DNA of 64,000 nt from a bacterium. Lineage in GTDB: Bacteria > Patescibacteriota > Minisyncoccia > JBBINA01. Below are positions 51,850 through 61,285 of this stretch, piece after piece; positions within the stretch are counted from its first letter, which is position 1; every line of letters begins with the position of its first letter. Location: assembly GCA_037444125.1 (NCBI GenBank), contig JBBINA010000002.1:6272-70271 (forward strand), written 5' to 3'. Both the position numbers and the translations under genes were made by a program. The notes under the pieces are model-generated. The model saw nothing but the letters and a program-made list of their open reading frames with translations, made no database searches and was not told the origin of the DNA.

Positions 51850-53247
51850 TCAAAATCTAATCAATTTATAAATTTCATTAATCGAGCCTGCTCCTATAGT
51901 TAAAACAACACATTTTTCTTTATATTTTTTCCTGATAAAACTAGCTGCCTGGTTATAGTCCATAAAATTTTGAGCTTTAACTAAACGGCTAGCTAACCCT
52001 TTTACCAATGCCTCTGAACTAATCATTTTTTTTAAAACTGAGTCTTCTCTACCACTTACTTCAAAAATGGGCAAAATTCCAACAAAATCAGCTTTCGAAA
52101 GACTATCCACCAACATATCCTTCAGATAATATGTGCGCTGAATTTGATGGGGCTCAAAAATAACATACACTGGCCTTCCCCTAAACATTGTCCGGCTAGA
52201 CTCAATCGCCGCTGTAATTTTTTGAGGATTATGAGCATAATCATCAATCAAAACAAAACCACTCTGCTCATTTATATATTTTAACTCTAATCTCCTATGG
52301 GCTCCTGAGTAACTCCTAAATACTTTAAATATCGTTTTATCATCTATTCCATAACTTTTAGCCAAATAGTAACTGGCTAAATAATCTTCTAAAATTATAT
52401 TTCCCTTAATCTGACGGTTTGCATCAATTAATTTAACTAATGACTGCCCCCGGTAAAACTTGATTGTCTTAATTTTCTTAGCCTTAATAAATTTTAATAA
52501 AGAACGCTTCCGCAATAATCTCTGCACATTAAAATTATCATAATTCACCACTAATGTTCCTGAGTGCGGCAATTTCATTATAAAATCTCTAAATAAGTTT
52601 ATGATTTCATCGATATTTTTGAAACAATCCGGGTGATCATAATCCAAATTAGTAATACAAATAGCCTCGGGTTTATAATTTAAAAAGTCTCCTTGCCACT
52701 CGTCAGACTCAAGAACAAAATAACCATTTTCATTCTTTTTATCATAATATAAATTAAGACCATTGAATTCTTTTAAAGCCGTACCAACAAATGAAAGTTC
52801 TAATAAACCAGCTTCTTTAAAAATTAAAGATGTTAAAGCTGTTGTGGTGCCTTTTCCGTGGGTACCGGCAATACATATTGTGCGAAAATATTCAGTAAAT
52901 ATTCCTAAAACCTGCGGCGCAGATAAAACAGGAATATCAAGATAGCGCGCACTAACCATTTCAGGGTTATCGTAACCTATTGCTAAACTATGAATCACAA
53001 GCTGAACATTCCTATCGATATGCTCCCTCTTATGTTTACCTAAATAAATTTTTATTTTTAAATCTTTTTTTAAACGCCTTGTAAAATAGTTCTCAACCAA
53101 ATTTGATCCACTCACCTCAGCTTTAAGATAATGTTTAAAAAAATAAGCTAGATACGACACCTTAGATCCGCCAATACCAATAAAATGAACGCGCTTTATA
53201 TTTTTGAAACCTTCTTCTATGGATTTTGTTTTTTTATATATAACCAT
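51850..53247 (-). CDS. murC: UDP-N-acetylmuramate--L-alanine ligase
   Basis: HFIGIGGS and GTHGKGTTT Mur ligase motifs. The ORF-track start at 53316 is probably too far upstream; the Met at MVIYKK (53247) is preferred. Confidence 0.8.
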   Translation of the reverse strand: MVIYKKTKSIEEGFKNIKRVHFIGIGGSKVSYLAYFFKHYLKAEVSGSNLVENYFTRRLKKDLKIKIYLGKHKREHIDRNVQLVIHSLAIGYDNPEMVSARYLDIPVLSAPQVLGIFTEYFRTICIAGTHGKGTTTALTSLIFKEAGLLELSFVGTALKEFNGLNLYYDKKNENGYFVLESDEWQGDFLNYKPEAICITNLDYDHPDCFKNIDEIINLFRDFIMKLPHSGTLVVNYDNFNVQRLLRKRSLLKFIKAKKIKTIKFYRGQSLVKLIDANRQIKGNIILEDYLASYYLAKSYGIDDKTIFKVFRSYSGAHRRLELKYINEQSGFVLIDDYAHNPQKITAAIESSRTMFRGRPVYVIFEPHQIQRTYYLKDMLVDSLSKADFVGILPIFEVSGREDSVLKKMISSEALVKGLASRLVKAQNFMDYNQAASFIRKKYKEKCVVLTIGAGSINEIYKLIRF

Positions 53248-54047
53248 GGAAAAAATATTACTGCTTTTATAATACGAGAAAGCCGCTTTGGCTCGAAAAA
53301 AAACCTCCATAACCACTCTATACCAAGATTTTGAAGAATAATTGGTGCCCTTGGGATTTTGCCGCCAATATAATCAAAAGTGCCTCCCACTCCCATAGCA
53401 AACTTCAAAGTCTTAACTTTACTTAAAACATAATTAGCAAAATACTCCTGTTTTGGATGACCCAAACCGATAAAAATTATATCGGGCTTAAGACTATTTA
53501 ATTGAGCTAAAAAAAAAGGCTCTTGAAAAATCTTAATCTGCTTCTTTTTTAATACAACCTTAATCTTATCATCATAGCCTACTATATGCAAATTTTTATT
53601 CAGCTTTAATAAATATTTTTCCGCCCCCTCAAGGACGCTTAACTTGCCTCCTAAAAAAAAAATTTTGTATTGATTAATCCTTTTATCGCTCAAAAGTTTA
53701 ACAAAAAAATCAGCGCCTGCCAATCTTTTGCGCGCAAAGCTAAAAACATTTCTAGCCACAAAAATATAAAACCTAATTTGATTTAAAACATTATTTAAAA
53801 AACAAAATCTAATTATCTGCTTTTTATTAAAATAATATGCTCCAACTAAACCTATACCATCAACAAAATTGCTTTTTGATTTTTGTAGAATCTTCCTATA
53901 CTTGGCATCTTTAATTGACTCAAGCAGAATTTCGGGATTTGCGCTAACAAAATAAAATTTCTCGCCGCGGTTAATATGATCAAAAAACCGCCCAAGAAGC
54001 TCTTGAAAACTCAAAATTTCCACAGGAACACTAAAAATTTTTTGCAA
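53217..54047 (-). CDS. WecB/TagA/CpsF family glycosyltransferase
   Basis: FIGLGHPKQE motif. Confidence 0.75.
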   Translation of the reverse strand: MQKIFSVPVEILSFQELLGRFFDHINRGEKFYFVSANPEILLESIKDAKYRKILQKSKSNFVDGIGLVGAYYFNKKQIIRFCFLNNVLNQIRFYIFVARNVFSFARKRLAGADFFVKLLSDKRINQYKIFFLGGKLSVLEGAEKYLLKLNKNLHIVGYDDKIKVVLKKKQIKIFQEPFFLAQLNSLKPDIIFIGLGHPKQEYFANYVLSKVKTLKFAMGVGGTFDYIGGKIPRAPIILQNLGIEWLWRFFFEPKRLSRIIKAVIFFPWLYIKKQNP

Positions 54048-54115
54048 ATTAAATCTTTAAATTTTAAAAATATAAAACTAATGAATGCGTAAATATTTTA
54101 AAACATCAGTAATAT

Positions 54116-54655
54116 TCAAGCAACTTTTCGATATTCAGAGCCGCTTTTTTTCAGAATACTTTCGTATATATGGATTCCTTGGATGTATGTCGTATAATTT
54201 AGTCCGGTCATTATTGGTATATTAAAATCCCATTTTTGGCCTCCCCTCAACCTAGCAATAGTTATATGTAATAAAAAGGGTCTTTCCTCAAGAAATTTTC
54301 GCAAAATCTGAGATTGATATATCTTAAAATCGATAGTCTTTTTATATTCCTGAAGGTCTTTTGACTCGCCTTCAATCCAAAGAAGTCTTGGATTTGAAGC
54401 AATTGGCCCGGGCTTAATGACTTGAAGTCTCAAGGTCATTAACTTCATTCCAAAATCATTAAGACTTTCTTGCTTAATTTGTCTTATAGCTATCAGTTCC
54501 TCCGCGCTAACTTCACCAAAAAACATTAAGGTAATATGCAAATTCTCTGCTGGCACTAGCCTTAAACAATCAAAACTTGCATATTTTTTCTGCCAGTTTT
54601 TTATCGTTACTATAGTATCAGACGGAAAATCCGCAGCTAAAAAAATTCTCGCCAT
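54116..54655 (-). CDS. RNA 2',3'-cyclic phosphodiesterase (2H family, LigT/ThpR)
   Basis: Two HxT motifs (HITLMFFG and HITIARL). Confidence 0.75.
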   Translation of the reverse strand: MARIFLAADFPSDTIVTIKNWQKKYASFDCLRLVPAENLHITLMFFGEVSAEELIAIRQIKQESLNDFGMKLMTLRLQVIKPGPIASNPRLLWIEGESKDLQEYKKTIDFKIYQSQILRKFLEERPFLLHITIARLRGGQKWDFNIPIMTGLNYTTYIQGIHIYESILKKSGSEYRKVA

Positions 54656-54727
54656 TTTTTATTAAACTTTTAAACTTTATTTTTACCAATAAGTTAGTTA
54701 ACAATTCAAGCTATATTCGAGATGTTT

Positions 54728-57700
54728 TTATCCTCCTCCTTCTGCATTGCTATTTTTTAATTCCTGTAGGTTCTCTTCTGTTTCTTGCATCTCTTCGTTC
54801 GCGCTTGTGTTTTGCGAATTTGTATTTTGCTCATTATAAGAATCTTGAACACTGTTATCAATTTGCTCATTATTTGTGTTTGGCAAATTTGTATTCTGAT
54901 TATTAACTATTGTTTCTTCGTTTTTATCATCTTGGCTTTGATAATTAGAGTTTCCCTCACTCTCTTGCGAAGACAAGTTTTCTGATGAATATCCATTTAA
55001 ATCCGAAGAACTTGTACCTTTAGGATAGATACCCGATTTTTCAAGCAACTGCCTAAGCTCCTCTTTTGTTATGCAAATATCCTCAAGACAAATTTTTTGA
55101 GCTTCAATTTCCTTAGCAGAAAGCCTTTCAAAAAGCCAATTGCCTGCAGTTTTGATTGTGCCCGTAAGTTGCGAAATAGCATCCTTAAGATAGGTTAAAA
55201 GCAGTGTCAAAAATGATTGATTATTAACTTGTAAGTTAACTTCTACCCCATCTTGAATTAGATTGCCGTTTTGGCTGATAGCCAGTTTCAAGCCTTCAAT
55301 TTGTTTTGAAAGTTCTTGGATGGCGTTAACTAAAAATGGAGTAAAGCCGATATAATTTAAACTTTTTGAACCATCAGATGCAGTTAAAACAAGTTCAGGA
55401 ATTATCTCTTCTACTTCTTGAGCTCCAAAGCCAAAACGCAAAGCATTATCAGTTTGGTTTTTCCAACGATAGATAATTGGATTTAAAGCCATAATTTTTT
55501 CCAAAGAACCTGAAAGAGAACCAATTACCTCCTTTGCTCTAATATCAGAGGAACAAATTAAAGCGGTATTAGTTGGATTAATAGTGCAGGTGCCATTTGC
55601 GTCAGTAAAACCAGCTACATCGCCATCAGTACTGCGAGAAACATGCAAAAGATAGCCAGGGGCGGTCGTCCCGATGCCGACATTACCACCAAGTGGTGCC
55701 AATAATAAATTAGTGCCTTGCTCTGGTATGATTTTAAACCCTCCAGTTCCAAGTTGTATATATCCATATCTGGTAAAAGGTCCTCCAGCTGTTGTTTGCT
55801 TCTCAAAGTTTATATACAAATCTTCATTGTTTGAAGCAGTATAACTTTTCCTAAATGTAGCCAATGTTCCCCATTCAGAAACTCTATTGAAAAGGGCATG
55901 ATCAATTACTTCCAAATGCGCCCCCGGGCTCGTCGTCCCGATGCCCAATCTCTTATTCGTATTATCCCAGAATAAATTAGTATTATCTTGAGAAATTGCG
56001 CCTCCTGAACCAGCAAATAAAATTGAACCAATAGTTAATCCTGAAAGATTAAGACCAGAAAAAGTAGGAGAAGCTCCAGTATGAATATCTTGGGGCAAAG
56101 ACAAAGTGACATTTCCGCCAATTACTCTGCCAGTCCCATTGGTGACTGTTATTTGATTGGCTGTACCTAAAATATCTGAAAGAGCAGTCACTCCTGTGCC
56201 GCCATAATTTATTGAAATTGTATTTCCTTGCCAAGTTCCAGAATTAACTATTCCTAAACTAGAAGTTCCAACTATGTTGATAGACTGAGCGTTAAGAACT
56301 CCATTAATAGTAGTAGTTGCTAAGGAAACTTGTCCGCCTGACTGAACTAAAGGACCCGAAAAAGTAGAAGTTGCGCTTCCTACAACAGTCAAAGCACCTT
56401 GAGTTATAATATCTCCGTTCGCATTAACCCTAAACTTCTCTAAATTATTAACAGATAAGCCAAGCAAAGAAAAAGTTGAATCTGCGCTTGTTGGATTTAT
56501 GTATAAAGATGACTCATTTATATTACTAGATGTCGGCTGGTAAGTAATGATTTGTTGTCCGTTTGTGGACAAACTATTTACTGATAAATTTTGAGCATAA
56601 ACTGTATTCCATTTATTTGTATCAGATCCTAAGTTATAAACATTATTAGCTGCCGGAATAAAAGAACCGCCTAATGTTAATACATTATTATCAGGAGAAA
56701 TACTGCTTAATGAATTGATATTTTTACCTGATAAAATCATTTCACCGACTCTTATTTTTGCAGGTATAAGCGAATCATCTTCAAAAGCATTCTTAACGCC
56801 TCCTATGTAACCTAAAACATTTGCAGCTGAAGAAACTGCTACCGGCGCAGATTGATAACCGAATATTGGCAGTGGTATCAATCTATTTCTTTCCTGAAAT
56901 TTTTCAACAAGAGTTTTTAATTGTAAAAGGTCATAGCTTAACTTTTGAAAATGTTCCTTAATATCAAGTAGTTCCTGAAAAATAGACTGGTCTGACGTTT
57001 TATTTAGGCTTAGTACTTTAAGTTCCAAATTTGAAATTCTTTTATTAATGTCACCGATAGAAGAAAAATCACTAATCTTACCACTGTAAAATAAACTATT
57101 TTTATTTGGTTTTGGAGTTTCTTGCCCAATAGTGCCACTAAAATTATTGACCTTTGCTTCAAGAGACAAAAGCTTCTCTTGAAGTTTACCAAGTTCTTGA
57201 CGATTTTCATTTAGATTTTGGCTAACAATTTTTATTAGATTTAATGGGAAATCTAAGCTTAAGGGTGTTTTTATTTGTTGAGAATTTATAAAGTCCGCTA
57301 ACCTGAAAAAGCTTTTAATATTAGAAAGCGCTTTTTGAGAAAAAATTTCTTCTTTATTTATAGCTACTCTTGATTGAACATTTTCTAAAATTTCTTTTAC
57401 TATAGGCCTTACATTGTTTACAAAATTGACTATCAATGTGCTTATATTTTCGTTCAAAATTTCACCAAATTCATTGATATTAATTGGTCTCGTAATGCTT
57501 AAACCGATATTTAACAAATCATTTACTTTGACTACATATCCAGTAGCAAGTCTATCTGTTAAATTAACTGCCTTGCTGAAAATTTTTTCAACCTCTGAAA
57601 ATAATCTGCTAGGCTTTGAAAAATCTGAAAAATAAGCTAAAGTTTCTAATGGTTTAGAATAAAAAAAGGAGAGAACAGATATAACAGCAAAAATACTCCA

Positions 57701-57973
57701 AACAATTTTTAAAATAGGCAAAGAAAGGTCTCTTTGCCAAAAATTTTGCCTAAAAGCAGGAAAAGCGGAAGAAGAAAAATTAATATATTCTCTTACCCAT
57801 TCTTCGGTAGTAAAATAAAAATTGCCTATCTTTACTCCTTTAAGTTTTTTCAATCGAATTAACAGCAATAAATGCTGCCTGGAATAATTAAAAATCTTCG
57901 CAGCTTGCGCTATGGAAATAAATTTTTGGGCTGTTTGGTATATTTTTTGATTTAACTCGCGATCTTTCCCCAT
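54728..57973 (-). CDS. large surface fibre protein: N-terminal HTH (excisionase/MerR-like) + TM + coiled coil + tailspike-like beta repeats + C-terminal S74 intramolecular-chaperone autoprocessing domain + acidic N/Q/E-rich tail
   Basis: HTH-like FISIAQAAKIFNYSRQHLLLLIRLKKLKGVKIGNFYFTTEEWV. TM ILKIVWSIFAVISVLSFFY. GIGTTSPGAHLEV and GIGTTAPGYLLHV repeats. S74 signature SSDIRAKEV...NPIIYRWK...RFGFGAQEVEEIIPELV. Confidence 0.6.
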   Translation of the reverse strand: MGKDRELNQKIYQTAQKFISIAQAAKIFNYSRQHLLLLIRLKKLKGVKIGNFYFTTEEWVREYINFSSSAFPAFRQNFWQRDLSLPILKIVWSIFAVISVLSFFYSKPLETLAYFSDFSKPSRLFSEVEKIFSKAVNLTDRLATGYVVKVNDLLNIGLSITRPININEFGEILNENISTLIVNFVNNVRPIVKEILENVQSRVAINKEEIFSQKALSNIKSFFRLADFINSQQIKTPLSLDFPLNLIKIVSQNLNENRQELGKLQEKLLSLEAKVNNFSGTIGQETPKPNKNSLFYSGKISDFSSIGDINKRISNLELKVLSLNKTSDQSIFQELLDIKEHFQKLSYDLLQLKTLVEKFQERNRLIPLPIFGYQSAPVAVSSAANVLGYIGGVKNAFEDDSLIPAKIRVGEMILSGKNINSLSSISPDNNVLTLGGSFIPAANNVYNLGSDTNKWNTVYAQNLSVNSLSTNGQQIITYQPTSSNINESSLYINPTSADSTFSLLGLSVNNLEKFRVNANGDIITQGALTVVGSATSTFSGPLVQSGGQVSLATTTINGVLNAQSINIVGTSSLGIVNSGTWQGNTISINYGGTGVTALSDILGTANQITVTNGTGRVIGGNVTLSLPQDIHTGASPTFSGLNLSGLTIGSILFAGSGGAISQDNTNLFWDNTNKRLGIGTTSPGAHLEVIDHALFNRVSEWGTLATFRKSYTASNNEDLYINFEKQTTAGGPFTRYGYIQLGTGGFKIIPEQGTNLLLAPLGGNVGIGTTAPGYLLHVSRSTDGDVAGFTDANGTCTINPTNTALICSSDIRAKEVIGSLSGSLEKIMALNPIIYRWKNQTDNALRFGFGAQEVEEIIPELVLTASDGSKSLNYIGFTPFLVNAIQELSKQIEGLKLAISQNGNLIQDGVEVNLQVNNQSFLTLLLTYLKDAISQLTGTIKTAGNWLFERLSAKEIEAQKICLEDICITKEELRQLLEKSGIYPKGTSSSDLNGYSSENLSSQESEGNSNYQSQDDKNEETIVNNQNTNLPNTNNEQIDNSVQDSYNEQNTNSQNTSANEEMQETEENLQELKNSNAEGGG

Positions 57974-58054
57974 TCAAAATCGCGGTCCACAGGCAATATT
58001 ACATTCTTAATATTATAATTTTAAAAAAAAGCATGTCAATAAGTAAATTTAAAC

Positions 58055-58094
58055 AATATTTTAAAACTAATTTAGAATATAATTAAGGTATCAA
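58055..58094. repeat. 40-bp direct repeat (copy 1) aatattttaaaactaatttagaatataattaaggtatcaaa
   Basis: Matches 60118-60160 with one indel. Corresponds to the 3-prime coding end of the GT4 gene at 60132. Confidence 0.6.
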
Positions 58095-58098
58095 ATTT

Positions 58099-59976
58099 TT
58101 ATTTAACTCTTATAATCAGTGATTTACTTATTTTTCCGCCAAGACCGCCAAGACCTGAACATGTTAATCGATATGTTGTTTTTTTTGAAGGAGAAACCAT
58201 TTCTGACCCTGAAGGGGGCTTTGTTCCTGACCAACCTTTTGAAGCTTTACAAGAAATGGCATTGGTTGATGACCAAGAAAGAATTGAAGATTCTCCTTTT
58301 TTAATAGTAGTTGGATTAGCGTTAAAAGTAAGAGTGGGTTTCTCTGCTTTTTTTATAATTCTAATTTGGAAAGAATTTAACCATTCTGATTCTGCATTGT
58401 GAGGGTCGATAACTTTTGCTGTTATGAAAAATGTGCCTGTCTTTTTATATTTCTTTTTTTGTAAAAGCTCCTGGCCTTCTCCATTAATCTTAGCTCCAGA
58501 AGTGACTATACTTCCATCACCCCAATCAATAGTTAATTTAAGACTTTTGTCATTATAATCAAATGCTTTAAAATAAAATTCAAGGTTTTTATTAACTTCG
58601 CCGATGCTTGGACCTCTGATAGATATTATTTGAGGAGGAATATTAATTTTAGGTAATTTAGGTCCAAATCTGGCAGTAAGAACCTTGAGAAAATGATTTT
58701 TCCCAACAGGACCAAAATCTGCTACACTCAAATTCCGCATAAGGGAGTACTCTACACTCTTGTACCAATCACTGGCAGTACAACCAGCATAGCAACTAGT
58801 ACCGCTAATCCCTTCCCATTTAGTACAATTACTAACATCACAATTTGGGCTAGTTGATATGTCTCTCCATAAGAAATCCTTGGAAGTACACTCCCTGTTA
58901 TTGCAATTATTATATACATATTCATCCCAAAGACCACCAATAGAATGACCTGCCTCGTGAGCAAAAATATAAGGGTAATCACCGGTATAGATTGGTCCGG
59001 TATTAAACCAGGCCAGTCCTTGTACATTATTATTTTTCATTACAACAACAAGATCAGTAGGACAAACACTAATTAGGTGGGAATAATTAAAACAATTCAT
59101 TATTTTGTTTATTGATGACCCAATGCAATCTGCCTCAAAAGAACTAACATAGTGGACATTAAAACCAGTCCAATATTGATCCAATGGATTTAGCTTGAAG
59201 AATCTTAAGGTTTCTCTGAGAATATCCCAGACAAATTCTGATTCTCCAGCAGTGTTATAATCTTTATCACCAATAAAAGTTATATCATAATTATTAGTGG
59301 GTGGTCCATTATTCAATAAAGTCTTACACTGAGCATTAGCAGCTGCCTTAGCAGAAGAAACGGCAAAAGAAGAGAGATTTTTTGTATTTGTTTTTAAGCT
59401 CTGAGGGGGCCAAAGGGTAGTTTCAAAAAATGGTTTTTGAAGATTGTCTTTTGAATAAATCTGGATTTTCTCACTTTCCTTACTATAAGGGATAGTAATG
59501 TAAAACTCAGTTTTTTCAGGAAAATCTATATTGCCAGAAATATCTCCTTCCTCAAATACTTCAGTAATAATAGCTTCTGAAATATTGAAAGAAGAAGTAT
59601 AAATGATATCTCCTTGCTTGTTAAAAACTTTGAGAATATAGTTATCCTCTGGAAAAATAGGCTGCTCCTGAATATAACCTTTTGAAAATTCAATGTTTTT
59701 AAGAGTAAAAGTTCCGGTTTTATTATCTTTTTCCAAACTAAGTAAATAAATATCCTGGTCAGGTAGATAGATGTTTTGAGTTTTTATTCCCTCTTTTACC
59801 TCTTTAATCTGAGGATTTAGCTCGCTGGAAGTAATTTCAGTCAATTTTTCTAAATAGAAAGTTAAATAGAAATAGATTAATAAACTCAAGATTAAAAAAA
59901 GAAGAATTATTATACCAATGGAAGAAATTAATGACTTTTGTTTTTGGTTCATTATTTTGTGTAAGAGATGATACAT
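58099..59976 (-). CDS. secreted zinc metalloprotease (HExxH) with PKD domain and C-terminal Ig-like repeat
   Basis: N-terminal TM. FAHEAGHSIGGLWDEY zinc-binding motif. TIDWGDGS PKD motif. The C-terminal repeat is homologous to those in the pilin-Hint protein. Confidence 0.65.
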   Translation of the reverse strand: MYHLLHKIMNQKQKSLISSIGIIILLFLILSLLIYFYLTFYLEKLTEITSSELNPQIKEVKEGIKTQNIYLPDQDIYLLSLEKDNKTGTFTLKNIEFSKGYIQEQPIFPEDNYILKVFNKQGDIIYTSSFNISEAIITEVFEEGDISGNIDFPEKTEFYITIPYSKESEKIQIYSKDNLQKPFFETTLWPPQSLKTNTKNLSSFAVSSAKAAANAQCKTLLNNGPPTNNYDITFIGDKDYNTAGESEFVWDILRETLRFFKLNPLDQYWTGFNVHYVSSFEADCIGSSINKIMNCFNYSHLISVCPTDLVVVMKNNNVQGLAWFNTGPIYTGDYPYIFAHEAGHSIGGLWDEYVYNNCNNRECTSKDFLWRDISTSPNCDVSNCTKWEGISGTSCYAGCTASDWYKSVEYSLMRNLSVADFGPVGKNHFLKVLTARFGPKLPKINIPPQIISIRGPSIGEVNKNLEFYFKAFDYNDKSLKLTIDWGDGSIVTSGAKINGEGQELLQKKKYKKTGTFFITAKVIDPHNAESEWLNSFQIRIIKKAEKPTLTFNANPTTIKKGESSILSWSSTNAISCKASKGWSGTKPPSGSEMVSPSKKTTYRLTCSGLGGLGGKISKSLIIRVK

Positions 59977-60117
59977 TCTTAGATTTAATAATATTAAAAT
60001 AAAAATTTCATGTCAATTCTATTCTAATTTATAATTCTAATCTATATTCAATATTCATGTTATTATTTCAATATGTCTATATTCAATTGTCTATGCATAA
60101 ACAATTTCCTAGAATAT

Positions 60118-60160
60118 AGAATATTTTAAAACTAATTTAGAATATAATTTAAGGTATCAA
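60118..60160. repeat. 40-bp direct repeat (copy 2), overlapping the stop of the GT4 gene
   Basis: See copy 1. Confidence 0.6.
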
Positions 60161-61268
60161 AAGCAACGCTACGCCAATCATTGAATCGTTTAAGATTATA
60201 AACACCTGATTTAATTAATTTTCTTCTTACAGTTTTGTTTTCTAAAATTATCTTTAATTTAGTTTTAATATCTTCACAATTATAAGGATCAGCTGTCAAA
60301 ACTCCTTTACCAGCTATCTCTGATGAAGCGCCATTTTTTGAAACTAAAATGGGAATCCTTAGACTTTGCATCTCAAGTACCGGCATACCAAATCCTTCGT
60401 AACAAGAAACAAAATAAAAAACACCAGTTTGACTCAATATTTTGTTTTTTTCTTTATCGTTAATATACCTATCAATAAATCTTATCTGCTTTGAATTTTT
60501 TACAATAAAATCTTTAATTTTATTATAACCATATCCATTTGTGCCGCCGATAAAAATTTTATACTTAGCCAAAACTGGCTTCTCTTTAATTATCAAATTA
60601 AAAGATTTAATCAAGTTTGTTAAATTCTTTTTATATTCGATCCTGCCAATAAAAGTAATGTATTTTTTGTCTTTCTTCTGCCATTCTTTAAAACTATGTT
60701 TTGTCTTTTCTATACCATGATATATTACTTTTATCTTATCGCTTTCTACCTTATACAAATTTATAAGATCACTCTTAGTCGTTTCTGAAACAGCTATGAT
60801 TTTAGTTGCCTTTTTAACTGAAAATTTAGTAACTAAGCGTAAATACCATCTATGGAAAAAAGAATAACAAAAAGGGGCCTTTTCGTATTCCAAGCCGTGA
60901 ATAGTCACAACTCGTTCCTTTGGCAGTATAAGCGGAAAATTATGCGCCGGGCAAAATAAAATTATCCGACTATATTTTCTCTTAAAATAATTCAGTAGCA
61001 AGGTTTTTACTATCTCAAAAGATAAGCCAAAAATCGTCCAAAATCTTTGGCACCTTATATTTTTAAAAATTAATCCTTGCCTAGAAGTAAATTCTCCGTC
61101 TATATATACTACAACATCAACTAAGGCGGCAAACTTACTTTTTTCTCTATTTTCAAAAATATCAATTAGCTGGCTAACCAATTCAAAAACATATCTCTCA
61201 ACACCGGTTTTTTCTTTATATAAAAAAGACTTGGCATGAATTAATAATAATGTTTTTGGCTGCTTCAT
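60132..61268 (-). CDS. glycosyltransferase family 4
   Basis: EGFGMPVLEMQSLRIPIL E-x7-E motif. Confidence 0.75.
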   Translation of the reverse strand: MKQPKTLLLIHAKSFLYKEKTGVERYVFELVSQLIDIFENREKSKFAALVDVVVYIDGEFTSRQGLIFKNIRCQRFWTIFGLSFEIVKTLLLNYFKRKYSRIILFCPAHNFPLILPKERVVTIHGLEYEKAPFCYSFFHRWYLRLVTKFSVKKATKIIAVSETTKSDLINLYKVESDKIKVIYHGIEKTKHSFKEWQKKDKKYITFIGRIEYKKNLTNLIKSFNLIIKEKPVLAKYKIFIGGTNGYGYNKIKDFIVKNSKQIRFIDRYINDKEKNKILSQTGVFYFVSCYEGFGMPVLEMQSLRIPILVSKNGASSEIAGKGVLTADPYNCEDIKTKLKIILENKTVRRKLIKSGVYNLKRFNDWRSVAFDTLNYILN

Positions 61269-61285
61269 TTTGTTATTTTGTTTTT

